In this document: in pieces, positions 40,169 to 54,072 of the stretch
How the letters are laid out: every line of letters begins with the position of its first letter
How positions within the stretch are numbered: position 1 is the first letter of the stretch
Assembly (NCBI GenBank): GCA_951406725.2
Contig: OX597828.1
Span: forward strand, 28,954,001 to 29,018,000
Origin: Octopus vulgaris
Taxonomy: Eukaryota
DNA length: 64,000 nt
Reading direction: 5' to 3'
The notes under the pieces: generated by a model
The model's input: only the letters and a program-made list of their open reading frames with translations
Databases searched by the model: none
What the model was told of the DNA's origin: nothing
Translations under genes and position numbers: made by a program

Positions 40169-40379
40169 TGTGTGCGTGTGTGTGAACATGTGTATATGTT
40201 CGTTTATATATATATATATACGTGATTTTCTCAGTCATATTTTTATTTAAACCCGTAATGGTTTATGGCTAGCATAGTCAGTAATATTCCTGATGCTATG
40301 GGATAAATTAATTTAATTGAAATAGGTTACCAGTTTTAGACACGGAATTCTGATTAGAAACTAAGAGCAGTAAGGTCCA

Positions 40380-41220
40380 GATCTTCCACCCCCATTATGC
40401 CAAACCCATGGTCTCTAAGTATCTTGTTCATAAGAACACAGCTATTGCGGACAATATTCTTATAGCTCACTTGGTGAGAGCGATGAGGAATGTGACCCGC
40501 AAGTGCGACCTTATGCAATTGGAAAGACATATACAACACTTCATCCGCCGTATGCAGTTCTCTAGCTACAATCAAAGGGACAGGATTGGAGTGTACAAAG
40601 GAGCCAGGACTAAATACAAAGCCATCATGGAGAGTGATGCTAAGGGGATCTGCCCGTTATACAGAAATAAATCCTGCAACAGCACAGAAAGAACCAGAAA
40701 TAAGATAGATAAGGCCAACTCATGGTATGACAACAGAAACTATCAGAGTGTCATGTTCGTCGATGCTACCCCTGGCGGTGAACTAGTGTACCTTTTTAGA
40801 AAAACATTAAGTAAAGATAATCTACAGATTAAAGTAGTAGAAAGGCTTGGTGCTCCAATAAAATCCCTGACCTGTAGAACTTATCCCTTTGGTAAGTCTC
40901 CATGTACGAAGAACAAATGTATTGTATGTAGGATGAACCCACGGGTTAGCCGTATGGTTAGGAATATAGTGTTTAGTTTACGGTGTACTGAGGGACGGTG
41001 CAGAAACATGACAATTACTTACTTTGGAGAGACTGCACGCAGCATAGGGGAACGTATAGATGTACACTGGCGGGAGCTCAAAGAAGAGAAAGAATCATCA
41101 GTGTTCTACAAACATTATCACGTAAAACATAGAAATTCGATTAATACCATAGAGGTTAAGGTATTATTGACGCTTAAAACTGACATAAAATTAGACAGAT
41201 CTCAGAGGCTACACACTTAG
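40380..41220 (+). mobile_element. Penelope-like element fragment (RT C-terminus plus GIY-YIG endonuclease)
   Basis: 270-aa ORF with VMFVDATPGGEL, KVVERLG, C..C..C, NIVFSLRC..C, YFGETARSIGERIDVH and SVFYKH, typical of the Penelope GIY-YIG region; no RT catalytic core is visible. Confidence 0.85.
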
Positions 41221-41771
41221 CAATAGGCAGACCGAGCCTCAATGGAAAACATAGATGGAACAATAAAACCCACTGCCACAACACACAGCATGACGATTAA
41301 AGACAGAAGGGGGGGAGAAGAGAGCAGAGAAAAAAATGAAAGAAAAATATAAATTTCTTTTAAACTAAAAAAAATAAAACAGATACGAGCAGGGCAATAC
41401 ATACACAATAGACATATAGGCACATACCTGTGATAAATATAAGAAATAGAGATAGATAAAAAATAAATAAATAAAATCTATATAAAGGGTATAGATACTA
41501 ACAGCATAGGAAGCGAACCCATACACACACACAAATACACATACAATAACTTCACAGACGGCCGCAACAGTATCGACAACACGGCTAACAATGACAACAG
41601 CAACAGCGGTGACAACGATGGCAATAACAACAACAATAAGAACTACCAGAATGGTAACAGCGTGGGCGAACATACACACAAACACAGAGGGATACAGGAA
41701 CTGTACCAAAATTTCGGGTCTTAGGTCAGCAGCAGCGACAACGGGGAAGATTACAGTGCTACTAAGAACAA

Positions 41772-41816
<45 letters not shown>

Positions 41817-42203
41817 TGTAAACATACACGCAAACACGGACGCAAACGCATGCGCATATAAGAATACACATCATAGAAGAACAGAATGAAATAAGTGAAG
41901 TAAGAGCATACACGAAGACAGAAATTGTCGCTGAAGAAGTCACAGATGTGTAACGAAAGATTTCCGGACAATTGACATGGATTAGAATAAGAACAGTAAT
42001 AAACGAGTGAAGAACGAAAATATAATACGTGTGTTTATTTGGCAAAAGAGAAAAAAAGTGACCGTCCCGAAATTAAACAGTATCTTATATTTATAAATTA
42101 TGCATTTTAATTACATAGCTATAGAAATAATGGTGTTTATTTCTAATGAAACAATCAAAGGAAAATAATGGTGATCAGTGAAATATTTTTCTTTTTATTG
42201 CGC

Positions 42204-42254
<51 letters not shown>

Positions 42255-42415
42255 AGCCACAGACGTGGCTGTGTCGTAAGAAGTTTGCTCTCCATCCACA
42301 TGGTTTCGGGTTCATTCCCTCAGCAGGTGTCTTTTACTACAACCTCAGGCCGACTAAAGTCTTGTGAGTGGATTTAGTACATGGATATGTAGAAATATAT
42401 ATATATATAAATACG

Positions 42416-42470
<55 letters not shown>

Positions 42471-42563
42471 ATATATACATATATATACATATATATATAC
42501 ATATACATATATATATATATATATATATACATATAAACATATACATATATATATACATACATA

Positions 42564-42598
<35 letters not shown>

Positions 42599-42619
42599 AA
42601 GAGTGTGTGTATATATGTA

Positions 42620-43023
42620 TATATATATAAAATATAAATAATATATAAATATATGCATATATATACATATATGTACATACCTACATATATATGTATATAT
42701 ACATGCATGTACCCATATATGCATGTATATATATACATATATGTAGGTTTGTACATATATGTATGTATATATTCATATATTTATATATTATTTATATTAT
42801 TATATGATCGAATGTCACGCATCCTTTTCCAAGTATATATATATGATAGATCGTTAGCCACTACACACATTTTTTTCTCTCCTTGTTTTCTGTGTCCCTT
42901 TCTGTAGAAGAGCGTAGGCTCGAAACGTAAAAGACTTTTTCTATTCCTGAGCGTTATACTAATACATCTGTTTGTTTTGTACACCACCTATCTTCGTCTT
43001 TTGTTGTTTTTTTCGTAAACTCT

Positions 43024-43027
<4 letters not shown>
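42620..43027 (+). mobile_element. Non-autonomous Penelope-type repeat: imperfect palindrome plus hammerhead-like motif
   Basis: Inverted (TA/CA)-mosaic arms about 42620-42800, one of which recurs at 3191-3280; motif ctttctgtagaagagcgtaggctcgaaacgtaaaag at 42898-42933; related reverse copy at about 21990-22115. Confidence 0.5.
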
Positions 43028-43114
<87 letters not shown>

Positions 43115-43786
43115 AAACTATGTTTACCGCACTGCAGTATACTCGGACGTAAGAAGACCTTCTGCTGGGGAGATAGTCCCAAGAGGAAAATTCTCTTCTT
43201 AGATATGTGTGAAAACACAAGATGGAGTGTGATTGACGTCATCGGATCGCAGGAGGTATGCGTTTGTCTGTCGTTTCACTTCCTCAGCTATGAACACCAA
43301 ATGTGTCGTTCATAGTCCGGGAAGAATGAAATTATTCTTATGAAAACAGAACACGGTACGTATGCTAATGTGCATAAGTCAGTTTCAAGCATGAATTAAA
43401 TAATGTCGCACCAAGTAACTTTGAATGAAAGATATTCATGTAAAGTCATCTTCAACACGTTCTTCCATTTTTTTTTTCATTATTGTCACTTTTCTACTCA
43501 TTACCGTTTCTACTTTGTTTCTACGCTGAGCAGGTGCTGGTATTGTCGATTGGAGAATGTGAGGTAGGGGTGGGAGTTACGGGTCGATTTGGGAGAGCAA
43601 ATATGAGACAGAATCTACGGCTGACCGTGGTTCTGAATCAGCGATTTTCAGGACTTGTTATTGTTGCTATTGGTCACTCTCTCTCTCTTTCCATTTTCTC
43701 GTCGCCGTCCCTGATATAGTCACAGCTGGAGGAGGGCCCCTCGGCTTTCTTTTTAACTCCTTGGACTAAGGATTAGACCATTTTCA

Positions 43787-44176
43787 GTGGAGGCGCAATG
43801 GCCCAGTGGTTAGGGCAGCGGACTCGCGGTCATAGGATCGCGGTTTCGATTCCCAGACCGGGTGTTGTGAGTGTTTATTGAGCGAAAACACCTAAAAAGC
43901 TCCACGAGGCTCCGGCAGGGGATGGTGGTGATCCCTGCTGTACTCTTTCACCACAACTTTCTCTCACTCTTACTTCCTGTTTCTGTTGTACCTGTATTTC
44001 AAAGGGCCGGCCTTGTCACTCTCTGTGTCACGCTGAATATCCCCGAGAACTACGTTGAGGGTACACGTGTCTGTGGAGTGCTCAGCCACTTACACGTTAA
44101 TTTCACGAGCAGGCTGCTCCGTTGATTCGGATCAACCGGAACCCTCATCGTCGTAACCGACGGAGTGCTTCCATCC
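43787..44176 (+). mobile_element. Full-length family-3 SINE with 73-bp flanking direct repeat
   Basis: Same ends as the 24230 copy (gtggaggcgcaatgg...gtgcttccatcc); 43714-43786 is repeated at 44177-44249 with 3 mismatches. Confidence 0.9.
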
Positions 44177-44721
44177 ATATAGTCACAGCTTGAGGAGGGC
44201 CCTTCGGCTTTCTTGTTAACTCCTTGGACTAAGGATTAGACCATTTTCACCATTGCTAGAATTTTGACCGGTGGGGTTCTCAGAACAGTTGTTTCTTGTT
44301 GGATATTTTTGTGTTCATTCTTGCTCCTTTTCTTTCTATCTTGCTGCTGCTGCTGAAGACAAAACCCTTTAATCTGTCTTTTTGCTACATCCTACGTTGC
44401 CAGTCCTGTACCAATGGTCTTATTGCTCTTTCTTCTGCATTCATGGCCCCCAAAAAGCTTTGGAACAGTTTTGTTGTTTTCGGGTGAGGGGGACGTAAGT
44501 AATTGTTTTGTTTCCTGAGACTCCACCCTACCACATGTCATTTTTCATTACCTTTGTACTCTCTGTGCTAAGGTCTTAACTGTACCATAAAAGTAATGAC
44601 AAATCAAGAGCCACCATCGCTACTAAAATCCTTGATTTTAAACTTCTTCGCATGTATCGGTCCCATCCTTTGCTTCGTCCGCGTTCGGGAATACAATGCA
44701 TAAAGACCCATGCAATCTGTC

Positions 44722-45097
44722 TCATCCGACAAAGATGTCCTATACATCCGACAAAGATGTGCTATACATCCGACAAAGATGTCCTATTCATCAGACAAAG
44801 ATGTCCTATACATCCGAAAAAGATGTCCTGTACATCCGACATAGATGTCCTATACATCCGACAAGGATGTCCTTTACATCCGAAAAAGATGTCCTGTACA
44901 TCCGAGAAAGATGTCCTATACATCCGACAAAGATGTCCTATACACCAGACAAAGATGTCCTACGCATCCGACAAGGATGTCCTATACTTCCGACAAGAAT
45001 GTCCAAACATCTGACAAAGATATCCTGTACATCTGACAAAGATGTCCTATACATCCGACAAGGATGTCCTATACATCCGACAAAGATGTCCTATACT
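44722..45097. repeat. 22-bp minisatellite (CATCCGACAAAGATGTCCTATA)n, about 17 copies
   Basis: Directly visible tandem units with point variants and no unique spacers. Confidence 0.95.
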
Positions 45098-46099
45098 TCA
45101 GTCAGAGACTCCTGTAGTTGTTATTGAGTTTGACAAAATGAAAATTGATGTGTCATAAGTGACACTGATACAGAAGAGTTTTTTTTTCTTTTTTCTTCCT
45201 CGCTTCTTGATAACATATTCAGGGATGAGAGTACCTTGTTTGGACATACAGCTCCGCTCTACTGGCATCTCTGAATGTTCGTCCGGAATTAGTTTTCGTG
45301 CGATACTAGTAACACTAGAAAATGAAGGAAAACAATTACTTCTTTCCGAAACAACATCAGTCGCTAGAGTGTACATGTGTGTGTGTGTGTGCGTGTGTAT
45401 GTATGTATGTATGTATGTATGTATGCATGTATGTGCGTGTGTGTGTGCGTGTGCATGTATGCATGTGTGTGTGTGTGTGTCATTAGTAGTAAGCTGCTAA
45501 TGAAATCGTCTTTTTTTCATCATATCAATATTCTCATTTATGTATTATGGTATTAAAATAAGTGCTCTTTCCCCGCCCGTCCCCAATTATTTTGTCATAA
45601 ATGTCAGTATGTTGAATGTTCTTTTTCCATTTTTGTTTGTGCATTGTCTTAAGGGCGTTTCCGTTTGTTATTTTAGTAGATACCGTTTAGACATCGCTGA
45701 CGAGAAAACTGGTTCAAAAAACAAAACAAAATCGTGACATAAAAACCATAAAAATAAAGAACAGGCTTCCTTCCTTCCCGTTTATTTTAATAACGACAAA
45801 AACTGCATTTATTTGATCGTCTTGTGTGTAGTTATAGGACGGTGGGGCGGAGAATTTAAATTACGATATAAACTCCATTTATATTCTAGCCTTGTGTGCA
45901 GAAGTAGGATGGAAGATAAAATGTTAGTAAGGGCAGAAACTCCATTTGTTTCGTTGTGAAGTAACGGAATGGTGGAGAAAAGATCTCCAGCAAAACTTGA
46001 AAGAATGAAAAAATGAAAGACAATATCCACTCTGGCGGAATTTGAACTCGGTGCGTAATGGACGAGAGAAAATGCTGCAAGGAATTGTGACGGCCCTGG

Positions 46100-47060
46100 C
46101 TGAGGATGAAGAAGGAGGTGGAGGGTAAGGAGGAAGGGGAGGAAAGAACAACGAAGAAGAAAGAGCGAGAATGGAGAATGAATGAATAACACAGAAGAAG
46201 AAGAAGAAGAAAAAGAAAGAGGAATAGGAGAATGAGAAGAAGGGAGAAAAAGGGAGAAAGAGAACAACGAAGAAAAAAGAACAAGAAGAACGAATGAATA
46301 ACACAGATGATGAAGAAAGGAAGAAGAAGAAGAAGAAGAAGAAGAAGAAGAAGAAGAAGACGAAGGAGAAGAAGAAGACGAAGGAGAAGAAGAAGAAGAA
46401 AGAAGAAGAAGGAGAGGAAGAAGAAGAAGAAGAAGAAGAAGAAGAAGAAGAAGATGAAGGAGAAGAAGAAGAAGACGAAGGAGAAGAAGAAGAAGAAGAA
46501 GAAGAAGAAGAAGAAGAAGAGGAGAAGAAGAAGAAAGAAGAAGACGAAGAAGAAGAAGAAGAAGAAGAAGAAGAAAAAGAAGAAAGAGGAATAGGAGACA
46601 AGGAGGGGAAGGAGAAGGAAGAAAGAGAACACCAAAGAAGAAAGAAGAAGCAGAATGAATAACACAGATGAAGAAGAAGATGATAAAGAAAAAGTAGAAA
46701 TAGAAGAAGAAGAAGAAGAAGAAGAAGAAGAAGAAGAAGAAGAAGAAGAAGAAGATGAAGAAGAAGATGGAGAAGAAGATGAAGAAGAAGAAGAAGAAGA
46801 AGAAGAAGAAAAAAGAGGAATAGGAGAAGGAAAAGGAAGAAAGAGAACAACGATGAAGAAAGAACATGAAAGAAGAAGAATGAATGAATAACACAGAAGA
46901 GGAAGAAGAAGAAGAAGAAGAAGAAGAAGAAGAAGAAGAAGAAGAAGAAGAAGAAGATGATGAGGAAGGAGAAGAAGAAGAAGAAGATGATGAGGAAGGA
47001 GAAAGAGGAATAGGAAGAGAAAGAGAAGGAAGAAAGAGAAATAAGAATGAATGAATAACT
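46100..47060. repeat. Polypurine (GAA)n tract with higher-order units
   Basis: gaatgaataacacaga, gaggaataggaga and gaaagagaac anchors recur about 4-5 times among GAA runs. Confidence 0.9.
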
Positions 47061-47654
47061 CAGAACAACAACAACAACAATAGCGAAGACGTCGACGACG
47101 GCGACGGGATAAAGGAAAACGTCGTGTAAATGGAGAAGATGGAAAATGCAAATAAAACGAGACTTTTAAGTAAAACGAGAATAAATAAGAAAAGCGAGAA
47201 AAAAGTGATGAGAATAAAGAGAAAGCAAAAAATAAACAACATAAATAAAGAAAGAAAGAAGTAAAACAAAAAAAACATGTCTGTTGATTGATCGGTCTTT
47301 GTAAGAATATTATTGGAACATTGAGGTGATTTAGTAATGGCCAGAGACAAAGACATGTAATAAAACAAGCTGGGAAAAAATATGGCGGTTTGGTGTGGTA
47401 AGGGTGGGGTGGGGTGATTGGTTGTTGTTGTGGCGGGAATGAGATGGGGATGAGGATGAGGACGGGTAATTTTATGTACTCATTACAGACAAAATACGAT
47501 ATGTATGTGTGTGTGTGTGTATGTATGTATGTGTGTATGTATGTATGTATGTATGTGTGTGTGTATGGATGGATGGATGGATTGATGAATGTATGTATGT
47601 ATGTATGCGTGTCTCAGTGTATATGTGTGAGGAAATATAGATATATGCGGCAGT

Positions 47655-47685
<31 letters not shown>

Positions 47686-47760
47686 CACATGCATATACAT
47701 ATATGTGTACATATGTATGTATATTTACATATGCATATATATACACACATACATACAGTG

Positions 47761-47791
<31 letters not shown>

Positions 47792-47970
47792 ATGTATATA
47801 TATATACACATATGTCTGTATATATACGTACACAATCACGTATATATATATATTACACACACATACATGCATACACACACACACACACATATATATATAC
47901 ATACATGCAAAAATACATACATGCATACATACATATACATACATACATACATACATACGTACATACATAC

Positions 47971-48050
<80 letters not shown>

Positions 48051-48324
48051 ATGTATGTATGTGTGTATGTATGTATGTATGTATATATGAAATATCCTCC
48101 TCGCCCAGCTGCCAGCTATTCATAAAATTTAATAGATGCACCAAGAAAACTCTCAGGAAAACCTCAGGTATATTTTCTTTTGCTTTTTATCTATTTCTCC
48201 CATTATCTTCTCATTTTCTAATCCAATATCCCTTAGTCTGTCTGTATTTTAGCCTCATGCTAACCCATTCCATCTGTCTAACTGTCTATCTATATTTCTT
48301 TCTTTCTTTCTTTTTTTCTTCATT

Positions 48325-48355
<31 letters not shown>

Positions 48356-48467
48356 CTTCACTCTCTTCACTGCACTGTCTCTTCCGTCTCCCTTGTTTTT
48401 TGCAATAGATTCCACCTTTATACCTCACACTTGATGAATCTTATTTTCCCGCTGGTTCTACTGCATC

Positions 48468-48536
<69 letters not shown>

Positions 48537-48751
48537 CATGTATATATATATATATATATATACATATATATACATATATATATACACATATATACATATA
48601 TATATATACACACATTTATACATACATATATACATACACACATACATACATATATATATGTACATATAGATATGTATGTAAATATATATGTGTGAATATA
48701 TATATATATATATGTCTTTCAACCTCTCTTTCTCTCGTTGTCTTTCTTCTT

Positions 48752-48787
<36 letters not shown>

Positions 48788-49883
48788 ACTTCCCGCCTTT
48801 TTTCTTCAGTTTTGTTCCTCGTTATCTTAAGCAAAAGAAACTCACCAACAGAAACTGACGCATACAACCACGCGCAGCAACACATGTGAGCACCGAAACA
48901 TACAACAATACACACACACACACACACCTATACACACACGCACATTCAAATATGCTCCTCCTTGCACGTAGCCCCATACACGTTTCGAAGCACGCAAGCT
49001 GAACACATAACAGGATGCAATTACGTAATCATAACACAAATTATACGATCTTCCATGGTTATAATGTCTTGTCTTAAGAACCATAACAATAACCTAAACC
49101 AACAAAACCAACCAAAACAACTGTAGGAAAAATACTAATTCAATACTATTGTTAGAAATTCTAAATCTCTTGCATTGTATTTTTTTTATTTTCATTTTAT
49201 TCTATTTATTATATTTTCTTTCTTTTCGTCCTTGTGTTTTCCGGTTTTTTTGCTTGGTTATTATTTTTATTATTTATGTTCTTTACTTTTGAGTAAAAGG
49301 AAGTCGAATTAGTTACATAACGTGGATTAATTTGTGGTGACAACTTAAACATTCTACCTGGATTACAATCAGATCTACCTTGTTCAGGAGCCGTACTTCT
49401 TATTCTTTGATTACAAATATACACAGTATAATCGCTGACAAACATTGAGCAACGGATGTAAAACGATGATAGTAATGAAATTGATTATGCTGATGATGAT
49501 GATGAAGATGAAGATGATGATGAGGATGATGCTATATGCCCAAGGCAAATATTTCAAGAATATAATAAGCTTTAATAAATATCAGAATAACTTTAATAGC
49601 AAGCAAAATATTTAAACCTCTCAAAGCAAAAATTAAAAAGGAAAAAGTAAAATTTAAAGCCAAGGAGTAAAAATTTATATAATATAATATTAATAATAAT
49701 CAAAAGAATTCAAAAATGAAATGCTTCAAATAAAAGTTTAAAAACGTCACCTCCATATTCCTTTTTGATTTCTCGCCGTAAGTTTTAGTTTAATGTAAAA
49801 CTATTTTTAACATCTGAAACAAATTTATGTGGTGATTCTGTTTAATCAAATCGTCCGAATTTCCCAAAAAGAATTTATAAATA

Positions 49884-50927
49884 ATGCCCAAGTTTATTCA
49901 TTTCATCTGTGGTAATTCTCGTATAAATATTGACTCCACTCAAAGGTGTAAAGTATTTAGCCATACCATCGACATTGCGCCACCAAATTTACAAAACCAT
50001 TCCTCATTGAACTATACAAAAACAACGATTTATAAATCGATGAAAATATTAATTTTATCAATGAAAATTTGTGGAATGTGTTTCGAACGCTGCAACATTT
50101 CGCACTCGTCTATACTCTGGAAGTTCTATTCTCTTTTCATAGGAGCCATATTGCTTTTCAATATATTTCGATGTACGGTAACATATGGAATCGGTGGTAT
50201 TTACGACGAAGGATTATTTATAAGACTTCAATGGTTGATTTGGTCGCTCGAAAATTTAATCAAACTGATCATTTTTGTGGTGATTTTCTACAAAGAAGAC
50301 AGATTACCGGCTCTGTTCATAATGATGGATAAAACTGCATCGTTGGGTTATTCCAAATCAGTTAAAAGGTTTCTCTCTGTTGTCATTAGTTTGTCCATAA
50401 TTACGCCGATAATCTGCTGTTTTCTACATTTGATGTTTCACTTCTGTTCTGAATATGTGTCTAAACTGCTCATGGACACAATGTGGCCCAAATATTTGAA
50501 CAAATACTTTGCGAACTGGGTGGAAATGTGTTTTGATTTAATTATATTATATATAAACAGCTCCATTTGCTCGTCATCCGTAGGTATTTTTGTGTTTTTA
50601 TGCTACTTCGTTGTAAATGACATTAAAAAACTGAAACAGAATATGAACGAAGAACTCAATACGGCCAGTCTACATTACCGAAATTTAGCAAAACATCGAC
50701 AAGTATTCCAGGGACTCTGTGAGACTATTTACCTACTGGATAAATGCTTCATGCATTTCTTACTGTTATCCTTGATAGCCGAAGTACCTTTGTTCTGCTT
50801 GATGTTTTATCACTTAATCTTTTTTGCCAAAGTATCTACATTCATTTTCCTCTCCATTATCATCAATGTTACAATGTTGCTCTATTTGTACACAATTCTG
50901 TTCTTTCCAGCCAAGATTAACGCTGAG
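49884..50927 (+). CDS. Gene B coding exon 1 (348 codons)
   Basis: ORF 49884..51014; phase-0 donor GAG|GTCAGT at 50927/50928. The poly-Ile tail of the ORF is intronic (ATT)n. Confidence 0.9.
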
Positions 50928-50936
50928 GTCAGTTAC

Positions 50937-51011
<75 letters not shown>

Positions 51012-51670
51012 TAGTTTTATTTTTATAGCGTGCTTTCACTTCACTACCGAGCGCAGCTCTGTGTGCCTTGGGTATGTGCTGTGATTTGTTGTGATACTCT
51101 GTGATTTGTTGTGATACTCTGCGTAGGATGTGTGCAGTGCCTAGTAGTGCAATTTTCTGTATGTTATATGTGTTTGTAAGTCCTGGTGTTTTTGTTATGT
51201 ATTTGTCTGAATATTTTTTTATCATGCCTAATGCACCTACTATGATAGGAATTGTTTCTGTTTTTAGATTCCACATTCTGGTTACCTCTATTTCCAGGTC
51301 TTTGTATTTTGAGAGTTTCTCCATTTCTTTTAGAGACACGTTGTCATCTGCCGGTATTGATACATCAATTAGAAAGCATTTTTTTCTTCATGATCTCTGA
51401 CAACTATATCTGGTCTGTTGGCCTTAATTTCTCTATCTGTGTGTATCGGCATATCCCAGAGTATGGTTGCTTCCTCGTTTTCTGTGACCTTTTCTGGTGT
51501 ATGCCTATACCATCTTTTTTCTGTTGTTATTCCATAATGTTGGCATAGCTTCCAATGTATGTATGTTCCAACTCTGTCATGTCTATGAATATATTCCTTC
51601 TTAGCCAGGATTGGGCAGCTAGAGATAATATGATTTATTGTTTATAATAATAATAAATAATAATAAATCA

Positions 51671-51731
<61 letters not shown>

Positions 51732-53802
51732 TCTCATTGTTCTTTTGTTTTTTTTTTCTTCGTTTTATCATTTGTTGTTTTGCTAACCCTTAACGAGGCT
51801 TCATCAAGCAGACTCATGATGAAAGATGTTCCATCCGTGGCCAACTCATGTCTATTATTTTGAGACATATCAAGGCGGAGCGCTAGCAGAATCATTATAA
51901 TGCCGGTCAAAAGGCTAAGCAGCTTTTCTTCCGGCTTTACGTTCTAAGTTCAAATTCCACCGACGCAGACCTTACCTTCCATCCCTTTTAGCTCGATAAA
52001 ATAAGAACCAATCAAATACTGGAGTTGATACAATCGATTAATCCCTTATCTATAGCACAGAAACACACACACACATTATATACATACATTTATATATATG
52101 TGTGTGTGTGTGTGTATGTGTACATGTGTGTGTGTGTGTATGTGTGTATGCATATATATATATAGAGAGAGAGATATATGAGAAAAGGTTGCCTTCCATT
52201 TCATCTTTTACTTTGGGGAGGGGTTCCAAAGTTAGCTTTCTAATAAAGATTCTTCATAGTAGCTTACTATTGTAGGTATTTTTTAAAATACCTACAATAG
52301 TAAGTAGTAAGTAACATTTTTTTAAATGTTACAAGTATAAGTTTTGTTATGAGCATTTATAAGTATAAGGTCTGTTACAAGCACGTATCCTATATAAACT
52401 CAACAAATAATTAAAGAGAGAGAAAAGAAGGTGTTAAAAGTTTTATAAAATTTTAACCCATGCATACGATCGTTTCGAATGGTAATATTAACATGTGAGA
52501 AACATGGAAAAAATTTAAAATTAATTTAATTATAGCGCAATTATAGGCGCAGGAGTGGCTGTGTGGTAAGTAGCTTGCTTACCAACCACATGGTTCCGGG
52601 TTCAGTCCCACTGCGTGGCATCTTGGGCAAGTGTCTTCTACTATAGCCCCGGGCCGACCAATGCCTTGTGAGTGGATTTGGTAGACGGAAACTGAAAGAA
52701 GCCTGTCGTATATATGTATATATATATATGTATGTGTGTGTGTTTGTGTGTCTGTGTTTGTTCCCCTAGCATTGCTTGACAACCGATGCTGGTGTGTTTA
52801 CGTCCCCGTCACTTAGCGGTTCGGCAAAAGAGACCGATAAAATAAGTACTGGGCTTACAAAAAGAATAAGTCCCGGGGTCGAGTTGCTCGACTAAAGGCG
52901 GTGCTCCAGCATGGCCGCAATCAAATGACTGAAACAAGTAAAAGAGTAAAAGAGTAAAGAGAGTTATAATTATAGTTAAATTAATTGCGTATTACCGTTT
53001 TCCTCAGTGCGAAAGAAGAATACATCAAAAAGAATATTTCAGAGGAATATTTTATTGTTACAAATAAGTATTTGTATTTCATCTTTCATATTCATATTAT
53101 GAATATCCGAATATGTTATATGACACTCACTCCGATCTTGTCTTCTGTAACAATATAATATTCATCTGATATATTCTTTTTGAAAGGTAATATGTAATTA
53201 ATTTAACTATAATTATAATTAAATTAAATTTTTTTTGCATGAATCTTACATGTTAATATTACCATTCGAAACGATCGTATGCATGGATTAAAATTTTATA
53301 AAACATTCTTTTCTCCATCTTTAATTGTTTATTGAGTTCATATACGTGTAAAATACGTGTTTTTTAAATGCTCATAAAACATCTTATACTTATATATATG
53401 TATATGTAAGTATGTATATATATATATACAAATAAATGAAAGAATGGAGTTGAACGACGATTTAACAAAATTCCTTTATTCGCGACATATGTTTCGAAGG
53501 CTGCATATTCCTACGATTTAACAAAATTCCTTTATTCTCGACATATGTTTCGAAGGCTGCATATTCCTAATTAGGAATATGCAGCCTTCGAAACATATGT
53601 CGAGAATAAAGGAATTTTGTTAAATCGTCGTTCAACTCCATTCTTTCATTTATTTGTATTACAAAAACACACAAATTTCCACACGAAAGCACGTGATCTC
53701 TGCCCTTGGCATGTAGCTTCAACCGTGTTTTTCTGACGTGAATTTGCTACCCAGGTATCGGTTAAACGAATTATCCACACTAAGATAATTCATTCAACGA
53801 CT

Positions 53803-53874
<72 letters not shown>

Positions 53875-53950
53875 CTATATATATTTATATATATATATAT
53901 ATCTATATATATATATACGTATATATGTATATATATATATCACTACGATA

Positions 53951-53984
<34 letters not shown>

Positions 53985-54014
53985 TGTATATATGTATATA
54001 TATATATATCACTA

Positions 54015-54072
<58 letters not shown>

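Noticed and set aside
44722-45097. Regular short repeats resembling a CRISPR array or a repeat protein
   Set aside because: Contiguous units with no unique spacers, eukaryotic context and no cas genes.
45809-47151. Long 308-421-aa ORFs of poly-F/L/S or poly-E/K/R
   Set aside because: Reading frames through the (GAA)n tract.
50928-51014. Poly-Ile C-terminus of the 376-aa ORF as a seventh TM helix
   Set aside because: It is (ATT)n just past a splice donor that matches the gene A donor position.
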